This document shows positions 57,081 through 64,000 of a stretch of 64,000 nucleotides of DNA, piece after piece. Under the pieces are notes generated by a model, which searched no databases, was not told the DNA's origin, and saw only the letters and a program-made list of their open reading frames with translations. Position 1 is the stretch's first letter. Each line of letters starts with the position of its first letter. This stretch comes from SAR324 cluster bacterium (GTDB lineage Bacteria; SAR324; NAC60-12): the NCBI GenBank assembly GCA_015231885.1, contig JADGAT010000001.1, positions 27,436 to 91,435 of the forward strand, read 5' to 3'. The translations under genes and the position numbers were made by a program.

Positions 57081-59336
57081 ATGAATGACAACGATAAACC
57101 AAAAGGGGGGTTAATAGAAGAACTGAACGAATTACGACAGAAGGTTGCCCTTTTAGAAAAGACTCTTTCTCAAAAGGAAATGCATGCATCTGAAGAAGTA
57201 ACGTCAAGGCTCTATAAGACAAACGAATCCGTTAATCTGCGAAAGCTGGCCGAACAACATTTACCAGCACCTCCACCCATTGATCTGCTGGAATTAACCC
57301 GGGAAGATATCGAGCACTTGTTTCATGAGCTGCAGGTCCATCAGATTGAGTTAGAGCTCCAAAACGATGAGCTTCTCAAAAACCAGCAAGAATTGGAACA
57401 ATCCCGAGATCTCCTTTACGATCTCTATGACCTTGCCCCAGTAGGATATCTGACGGTTAATAAAAGCGGCATCATCCGGAAAGCCAACCTCACCCTGGCA
57501 GCTATGCTCAATGCCGATAAACAAAGTTTGGTTGGCAAGCCGTTATCGCATTTTGTACATCCAGAAGACCAGAATCTGTATTTTTTGAAGGGCAGGGATC
57601 TGTTTAGAAGCCCCAGTTTGAAACAAACTGAGATCAGGATGCTAAACAGTGACGGTTCCTTCTTCCATGCGATGCTGACAGGAAGGAAAACAGAAAATAC
57701 GAAGGAGGCGCGACTGGTTGTTACCGACATCACCCCCCTCAAAAGAACCGAAGAGGCACTGAAGTATGCAGAAAAAGAAAACAAACGTGCTGCGGATATT
57801 GTGGCCAATATAGGCGTGGGGCTTCACATATACCAGTTGGAAGATATTGACGATGATTCTTCTTTGAGGATGATCACTGTCAATGAAGCAGCAGCCGTGA
57901 TGACAGGCATTCCTGCTGGAAAGACGATCGGTAGAACCCTGGATGAGAATTTTCCTGAACTGCGCAGGATGGAAGTGCCCCAAAAGTATGCACAGGTGGC
58001 TCGTTCCGGCATATCAATAGAACTTGGAGAAATCCATTACAGTAATGAACAGATCGGCTTTGCGACATTTTTTGTAAAAGTCTTTCCGCTTCCTGAAAAC
58101 TGCGTGGGAGTTTCGTTTGAGAATATTACCAAACGCAAACTGCTGGAGTCCCAGCTCCATCATTCGCAGAGATTGGACTCCCTGGGAACCCTGGCAGGAG
58201 GGATTGCTCATGAGTTCAATAATATTTTGTCGATTATTCGAGGCTACGGCGACATTCTGCTCCAAAAACTTCCTGAAGACAGTACAGAGAAATCCTATAT
58301 GGAGAACGTCCATACAGCCAGCAGAAGAGCCGTTGATCTGACAAAACAAATCTTAACCTTCAGTCGGATGGAACATCAAAAAAACGATGTACATTACATA
58401 CAGCCTTTGATTAAAGAAGTCCTCAAAATGATGAGAGCCACCTTACCTGTCACCATTGAGATCCAGGAAGATATCGATTCCAATTGCGCCCCCATCCTGG
58501 CAGACCCATCACAAATACATCAAGTACTTGTCAACCTCTTTACCAATGCGTTCCATGCCATGGAAGAGACTGGAGGTCTTCTGACAGTCACTTTAAAGCA
58601 AGAAACCCATAATGGGAATCAGCCGCTGCTATCCGAATTAAAAGGTGATTCGTTTCTGAAGCTGACAGTCAGCGATACAGGATATGGCATTCCAATCGAA
58701 GATCAGGAAAAAATATTTGATCCCTTTTTTACCACAAAAAAAGTAGGTGAAGGAACCGGACTTGGTTTATCCATGGTTCACAGCATTATCAAACAACATG
58801 GAGGCATCATTACGGTAGAAAGTGAGATGAAGACGGAGCAGTGCTCTGGGGGAACCTCTTTCCATATTTATCTTCCGACCGCTTCCAGAAGTTCCGAAAG
58901 CCAGCAGGAAGAAAAAAAGACACTTCCCAGAGGAAGAGGACACATCTTAGTTGTTGATGACGACACGTTGATCACCGAAGTGTACCAAGATATATTGACG
59001 GAAACTGGATATGACGTCACTGCTTTTGACAACGAGTTGGATGCATTGAAAAAATTTCAGCAAAATCCAGATCAATTTGATTTGATTTTTACAGACTTCA
59101 CCATGCCTCACTTAACCGGAGATCAGTTGAGCCAACAAATATTAAAGATCCGACCCGACATTCCCATTATTCTGACAACAGGTTACAGCAATATGATCTC
59201 TGAAAAAAAAGCAAAAGCTCTTGGAATTCAAGAATTTTTGATGAAGCCTGTTGAAAAAATTCAGCTGCTTGAAACCATTCAGAAGCTGCTTAAAAAGAAT
59301 CCAGAAAATAACCATTCAAATACGATTTTTTCTTGA
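57081..59336 (+). CDS. PAS-domain hybrid sensor histidine kinase (coiled coil, PAS, HisKA, HATPase_c, receiver)
   Basis: H-box IAHEFNNIL, N/G boxes (NLFTNAFHAM, DTGYGIP, GTGLGLS) and a C-terminal receiver (ILVVDDD...DLIFTDFTMP). Confidence 0.8.
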   Translation: MNDNDKPKGGLIEELNELRQKVALLEKTLSQKEMHASEEVTSRLYKTNESVNLRKLAEQHLPAPPPIDLLELTREDIEHLFHELQVHQIELELQNDELLKNQQELEQSRDLLYDLYDLAPVGYLTVNKSGIIRKANLTLAAMLNADKQSLVGKPLSHFVHPEDQNLYFLKGRDLFRSPSLKQTEIRMLNSDGSFFHAMLTGRKTENTKEARLVVTDITPLKRTEEALKYAEKENKRAADIVANIGVGLHIYQLEDIDDDSSLRMITVNEAAAVMTGIPAGKTIGRTLDENFPELRRMEVPQKYAQVARSGISIELGEIHYSNEQIGFATFFVKVFPLPENCVGVSFENITKRKLLESQLHHSQRLDSLGTLAGGIAHEFNNILSIIRGYGDILLQKLPEDSTEKSYMENVHTASRRAVDLTKQILTFSRMEHQKNDVHYIQPLIKEVLKMMRATLPVTIEIQEDIDSNCAPILADPSQIHQVLVNLFTNAFHAMEETGGLLTVTLKQETHNGNQPLLSELKGDSFLKLTVSDTGYGIPIEDQEKIFDPFFTTKKVGEGTGLGLSMVHSIIKQHGGIITVESEMKTEQCSGGTSFHIYLPTASRSSESQQEEKKTLPRGRGHILVVDDDTLITEVYQDILTETGYDVTAFDNELDALKKFQQNPDQFDLIFTDFTMPHLTGDQLSQQILKIRPDIPIILTTGYSNMISEKKAKALGIQEFLMKPVEKIQLLETIQKLLKKNPENNHSNTIFS

Positions 59337-59562
59337 TTTCTAAGCATTTGAAATCAATGATTTTAAAATCTTTCCCGACAAATTGGGTACCTCGTCCCCA
59401 TATTTTTAATCAAACTTTTCTGTTACCGTAGGATTGTATTTTTTTATTCCATGGAAGTCGTTTTCTATGGGACAAGTCATGACATACATCAAGGCGACAG
59501 AGCTGGAATGAACATAAGGCTCATGTTAGTGAAATGAAGCAACTGAAACAAAATGGATTACC

Positions 59563-59886
59563 ATGCCAATCAATTATGAAAAAGAAAAAAATGCTCTTAT
59601 TTTCAAACTCGCAGGAAACATTGCTTGGGAAACCGCACACAGATACAGCGAAGAAATGATGAATTTGGCGGAACAAGAAGATTATGAGTCGATACTGGTC
59701 GACTTTGAAAACGTCGATTTTGTTGACTCAACAGGAGTTGGATTATTAGTCGAGTTATATAAAATCGCACAGACCAGGAAGAAAAAGCTCTCCGTCTGCA
59801 GGATGAAAATGGCCTATAAGCTGGCAATGATTGGATTAGGCAGTATTATTGTCAATTATGACAGCAAAGAAGAGGCTTTGTGTTAA
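59563..59886 (+). CDS. STAS-domain protein (anti-sigma factor antagonist-like)
   Basis: 107 aa with the SpoIIAA-like DSTGVG motif. Overlaps the GTG start of the downstream kinase by 7 nt. Confidence 0.7.
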   Translation: MPINYEKEKNALIFKLAGNIAWETAHRYSEEMMNLAEQEDYESILVDFENVDFVDSTGVGLLVELYKIAQTRKKKLSVCRMKMAYKLAMIGLGSIIVNYDSKEEALC

Positions 59887-61913
59887 CAGATGATACGGAT
59901 AAAACCATCCGAATACTGGTTATCGATGATGATGCTCTCATTCTCCATGCGACCTCACAGACTTTGAGGTCGGCGGGTTATGAAGTGATAGAGGCATTGA
60001 CAGGCAGGGAAGGGTTGCGCCTGGCCACAGAAATAATACCTGAATTGATTCTTCTTGATGTTGAGCTACCGGATTTGCATGGTTTTGACGTGTGCCGCAG
60101 CATTAAGGCCGATCCGGCACTGGCACACACTTATGTAATGATGATCTCGGGCATCAAGATAAAATCGGAGCACTTGGTAGAAGGTCTTGAAATTGGAGCA
60201 GATGATTATGTGGTACGCCCTGTCCCAAATCGTGAACTTCTGAAACGTGTACAAATTGCGTTGCGCATCAAGCAAACAGAAGAGGAGTTGAAACAACACA
60301 GGGACCAGCTGGAACAATTGGTCGAAAAGCGTACGGCGGAATTACAGGCAAGCAATGCACAGCTGCAGCAGGAAATCACGGAGCGCAAACAGATCGAAGA
60401 TAAGGTCAATAAGCTGGCATTGGCCGTTGAATATAGCCCCAGCATGGTTATGATAACAGATAGCAATGGCATTATCGAATATGTCAATCCTAGATTTGTC
60501 GAAATCACCGGCATCCCGGCTCAAACCATAACTGGGAAAAATGCCAATACCGATTTAGGACTGCCCACCTCAGCAACGGATGATCAAGCAGCACTTTGGA
60601 ATAAAGTCCGTTCAGGGCAATTATGGAAAGGAGAGTTTCATAATAAACGGCATGATGGAACCTTTTATTATGAAGAAGCGTCTATTGCCCCTCTCACAGA
60701 TGAATCCGGCCGCATTACCCACTATATCAAAATTGCCAACGATATCACGGAGCGCAGACAACTTGAGTCTCAGGTACGACAATCCCAAAAACTGGATGCC
60801 TTAGGAACACTGGCAGGAGGAATTGCCCATGAATACAACAATATTTTAGCAATAATACAGGGATATGGAGATCTGTTGCTTTCTAGACTCCCGGAAAACG
60901 GCAAAGAAAAACACTATGTTGAGAAAATACGTGAAGCAGGAAAAAGAGCGGTTGATTTGACAAAGCAAATTTTGACTTTCAGTCAGATGGATAGTCAAAA
61001 ACTCCGAGTGCAATACCTAACCCCCTTGATCAGCGAGTCACTTAAAATGATGAGGGCAACGCTACCTGTCACCATTGATATTCAACACAACCTTGATCCT
61101 GGCTGTTCTCCAATTTTAGCGGATTCCTCCCAAATACATCAGGTACTAGTAAATTTATTTACCAATGCGTCTCATGCGATGGAAACAACAGGAGGTGTCC
61201 TGAAAATCAGCTTGCAGGAAAAGAAACATCATAACACTCAGGAGGTGTTGCCCAAACTAAAAACGGATACTTTTTTAAAGCTGACAGTCCAGGATACAGG
61301 CTGTGGTATACCATCAGAAGATCAGGAAAAAATATTTGATCCCTTTTTTACAACCAGGCAAGTTGGTCAAGGCAGAGGATTTGGACTGTCAGTTGTTCAC
61401 AGTATCATTGAAAAGCACGGAGGGGCGATTACAGTAGAAAGTGTAATCAACCAGGGAACAGCTTTTCACATTTATCTTCCTATTTCTCATGAAACAGTTC
61501 ACGAAGCCCAAGAAAAAAAGAAACAAGAACGATCTCTTTACCAAGGGAAAGGTCACATTTTAGTGGTGGATGACGAAGAGGCACTAGTGGTGATTCATGA
61601 AGCACTATTGACAGACATTGGATACGAAGTCACGAGCTTTACTGACGCATTGGAAGCATTAGCAAAATTCCAAGAAAGTCCATCTCGATTTGATTTGGTA
61701 TTTACCGACTTCACCATGCCTCATTTAACCGGAGACCAATTGAGCCAGCAGCTGTTGAAGATCCATCCCGATATTCCAATTATTATGGCAACGGGTTACA
61801 GCAGTATGATTTCTAAAGAAAAAGCAAAATCCATTGGTATTCGTGAATTCATGATGAAGCCTATTGATAATGATCAGCTGGTTGCCACCATTCAGAAACT
61901 GCTAAATGCATAA
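59880..61913 (+). CDS. hybrid sensor histidine kinase (receiver, PAS, HisKA, HATPase_c, receiver); paralog of the 57081 kinase
   Basis: GTG start. N-terminal receiver (ILVIDDD), H-box IAHEYNNIL and a C-terminal receiver. The kinase core is highly similar to 57081-59336. Confidence 0.8.
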   Translation: MLTDDTDKTIRILVIDDDALILHATSQTLRSAGYEVIEALTGREGLRLATEIIPELILLDVELPDLHGFDVCRSIKADPALAHTYVMMISGIKIKSEHLVEGLEIGADDYVVRPVPNRELLKRVQIALRIKQTEEELKQHRDQLEQLVEKRTAELQASNAQLQQEITERKQIEDKVNKLALAVEYSPSMVMITDSNGIIEYVNPRFVEITGIPAQTITGKNANTDLGLPTSATDDQAALWNKVRSGQLWKGEFHNKRHDGTFYYEEASIAPLTDESGRITHYIKIANDITERRQLESQVRQSQKLDALGTLAGGIAHEYNNILAIIQGYGDLLLSRLPENGKEKHYVEKIREAGKRAVDLTKQILTFSQMDSQKLRVQYLTPLISESLKMMRATLPVTIDIQHNLDPGCSPILADSSQIHQVLVNLFTNASHAMETTGGVLKISLQEKKHHNTQEVLPKLKTDTFLKLTVQDTGCGIPSEDQEKIFDPFFTTRQVGQGRGFGLSVVHSIIEKHGGAITVESVINQGTAFHIYLPISHETVHEAQEKKKQERSLYQGKGHILVVDDEEALVVIHEALLTDIGYEVTSFTDALEALAKFQESPSRFDLVFTDFTMPHLTGDQLSQQLLKIHPDIPIIMATGYSSMISKEKAKSIGIREFMMKPIDNDQLVATIQKLLNA

Positions 61914-61966
61914 GAGACGGCGGGTTTAAATCGTCTTCAAACAGGAGGAAAAAGGATAGCGGTATA

Positions 61967-63097
61967 TCAATCAGACTCAGCCTGTTTCAAAACCAATTTC
62001 ACTTCCGTTCCATGCTCGTCGATTCCTTCCATCTGTTCTTTTGAGAAAACTTCAATGCTTCCTCCATAAGCATGCATAAAGCTCCTGACAAGAGACATTC
62101 CATACCCTGTTCCCTGTTCACCATCTGTTCCTTTTCTAATGGTCATTTGATTAAAATCAAAAATACCTCCAAGCAGCTGTTCGGACATTCCAATACCCTG
62201 ATCTTTTATTGAAACAGCAACCTCCTCTCCATTTTGCGTTGCATCAATAGTGATGATTGACCCTGGATAAGAAAACTTTATGGCATTTGTCAACAGGTTG
62301 GCTAAAACAACATTCACAAAAGAAACCTGTTCTGTCAAGACATTCAAAGTCTCGGATATGTTGATTTCTAATTCAATATTTTTTTTTGCAAACACTCGTT
62401 TAACAATCTCTGCAGCTTCACCAACGCCCTCTTGAAGATTTAATTTTGTCAGTTGAAGAGAAAATTCTTGATCAACCAAGGACCTCAATTGCCGGCCTAA
62501 TTTAACCAGCTCTACACTGTTTTTGAGGCCCTTCAGAACAACATACTTCATTTGATGGGCAACTAGCGGGTTTGTATCCAGTTGCTCTAACATAAAAATG
62601 GAACCACTCAATGAATTAATGAGGTCATGGCTGAGCACATGAAGCAGTTGTTTTCGTTCATTATTCTGTCTTTCTGTTAACTTTCTCCTAAAAGTAAGCT
62701 CAAGGTGAGTTTTCACCCGTGCTAGAAGCTCTAAGGGATTGAATGGTTTTGTCACATAATCCACTGCCCCCAGCTCAAATCCTTCTGTAATGCTTTTTGT
62801 ATCTATTTTTGCTGTAAGAAAAATAATGGGAATCCTGTGAGTCTTTTCATTCTTTTTCAACTGACGACAGGTTTCAAAACCATCGAGCTTCGGCATCATG
62901 ATATCTAAAAGAATCAAATCAGGCTTTGTTATTTCAACCTTTTCCAGTGCTTCAATGCCATCTTGCGCTACATGTATTTCATAATCCTGAGCACTTAAAA
63001 TTGTTGCCAGTAGCTGAATGTTGACAGGCATATCATCCACAATTAAAATACAGGCTTTTTTGTCTGGTTCATGCATATTTTCCTTTTTACCACGCAT
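61967..63097 (-). CDS. response-regulator/histidine-kinase hybrid (receiver, HisKA, HATPase_c)
   Basis: N-terminal receiver (ILIVDDMP...DLILLDIMMP), H-box LSHDL, and a G-box (GTGYGMS). Confidence 0.75.
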   Translation of the reverse strand: MRGKKENMHEPDKKACILIVDDMPVNIQLLATILSAQDYEIHVAQDGIEALEKVEITKPDLILLDIMMPKLDGFETCRQLKKNEKTHRIPIIFLTAKIDTKSITEGFELGAVDYVTKPFNPLELLARVKTHLELTFRRKLTERQNNERKQLLHVLSHDLINSLSGSIFMLEQLDTNPLVAHQMKYVVLKGLKNSVELVKLGRQLRSLVDQEFSLQLTKLNLQEGVGEAAEIVKRVFAKKNIELEINISETLNVLTEQVSFVNVVLANLLTNAIKFSYPGSIITIDATQNGEEVAVSIKDQGIGMSEQLLGGIFDFNQMTIRKGTDGEQGTGYGMSLVRSFMHAYGGSIEVFSKEQMEGIDEHGTEVKLVLKQAESD

Positions 63098-63117
63098 ACG
63101 TTCTTATAAATCATTGG

Positions 63118-64000
63118 TCATGATAAGCCATCACTAAGTTTTTGAACAATTTCAGGATAAATGAGCATTATCTTGTTTGTGGCTTCTATGTCAAATATTT
63201 CAGCAGCCTCCCGCAACAGTTTTCCCCAGTTGAGCAAAGGACTGTATTGATACTGCTCGCCCAACTGCTTCAACTCACTTGCAAATATCACCGTATCCTG
63301 CAATGACAAACCGGTACGCTGATCCCACTTCTTTTTCACTTCACCTTCAAGCAGTTGAAGGAGCTGCGGTAACTTGTTCCGATTTTCAGGAGTAATGGGT
63401 TCTACACTCAATAAATCTTCTGTGATTGAAATGTTTTCAGTCAATGACGGAGTCAAAAGAGTATATTCCAAATGCATGGATTGGGGATCAAGCGATTGCT
63501 CTAAATAATCATCGGATTCTGCCATGGAATGGGATTGAACACCCGGTAAAATCACTTCAAACCGACTGCCTTGCTCTTGCTGACTGGCAACCAAAATGGT
63601 CCCTCCCATCAACTCTACAATCTTTTTGGTAATACTCAGCCCCAATCCAGTTCCCCCATATTGTTTTTGCTGCTGATCTTTTTGTTGTTCAAAAGCCTTA
63701 AAAATTTTTTCTTGCTGGTCTTCTGGAATTCCAATGCCACTGTCAACTACAACAATATGGAGATCTGACGATTGTTTTGTCTGTTCTTCAGTCTTGTGCA
63801 AAAAAGCAGACAACCGGATGTATCCGTTGTCCGTAAATTTAACAGCATTGCCGATGAGGTTGATCAGAACCTGGCGCAACCGGGTTTCATCAAGAATGAG
63901 CAGATTCGGCATGTCTTTGTCAAATTCCACGCTGAATTCCAGCCCTTTATCAACGATCTTCTGGTTAAAAAGAGTCTGCATTTCCTGTAAGAGTGCCTGA
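63118..64000 (-). CDS. sensor histidine kinase, C-terminal part (HATPase_c plus extra C-terminal domain); gene continues beyond the window end
   Basis: HATPase motifs (NLIGNAVKFT, DSGIGIP, GTGLGLS). The frame stays open to base 64000, so the HisKA and sensor regions lie outside the window. Confidence 0.7.
   Translation of the reverse strand, partial: QALLQEMQTLFNQKIVDKGLEFSVEFDKDMPNLLILDETRLRQVLINLIGNAVKFTDNGYIRLSAFLHKTEEQTKQSSDLHIVVVDSGIGIPEDQQEKIFKAFEQQKDQQQKQYGGTGLGLSITKKIVELMGGTILVASQQEQGSRFEVILPGVQSHSMAESDDYLEQSLDPQSMHLEYTLLTPSLTENISITEDLLSVEPITPENRNKLPQLLQLLEGEVKKKWDQRTGLSLQDTVIFASELKQLGEQYQYSPLLNWGKLLREAAEIFDIEATNKIMLIYPEIVQKLSDGLS

Noticed and set aside
1-64000. CRISPR arrays, rRNA genes, prophage or integrase genes
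   Set aside because: No regularly spaced short direct repeats, no rRNA-like sequence, and no integrase or phage structural gene signatures were seen on either strand.

Overview
This 64 kb window looks like a compact chromosome segment from a low-GC Gram-negative bacterium. GC is roughly 40% by eye and was not computed. Genes are densely packed, several convergent gene pairs have stop codons 1-2 nt apart, and the content is mostly housekeeping. Identifiable loci, in order, are: ftsH (5' partial), cdaA, cdaR, pdxJ, rng and rluD; a large protein combining an MBL-fold hydrolase with a cNMP-binding domain; ftsY; uvrD; tRNA-Gln(UUG); a 7Fe ferredoxin; yceD, rpmF and plsX; tatC; a 970-aa secreted WD40 protein; a heme-copper oxidase cluster (coxII-coxI-coxIII-coxIV-coxIII' with ctaA and ctaB); a partial complex I set (nuoEFG directly followed by nuoJKL); skp, fabZ, gatC and a tonB-like gene; mfd; sdhCAB; a B12-dependent radical SAM gene next to a rhodanese-IscA-Nfu fusion gene; and a cluster of PAS/hybrid histidine kinases with a STAS protein. 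Accessory and unusual content falls into three groups. First, a ~158 bp dispersed MITE-like repeat occurs in six same-orientation copies (one diverged, one truncated). It has ~23 bp imperfect terminal inverted repeats and TAA/TTA flanking triplets. Its termini overlap the stop codons of terB-like and mfd, and supply Shine-Dalgarno-like sequence to adjacent genes. Second, an N-terminally truncated IS110-family transposase remnant lies next to a GC-rich palindromic island. Third, a putative zinc-dependent PLC-like gene is bracketed by repeat copies. No CRISPR array or rRNA gene is present.
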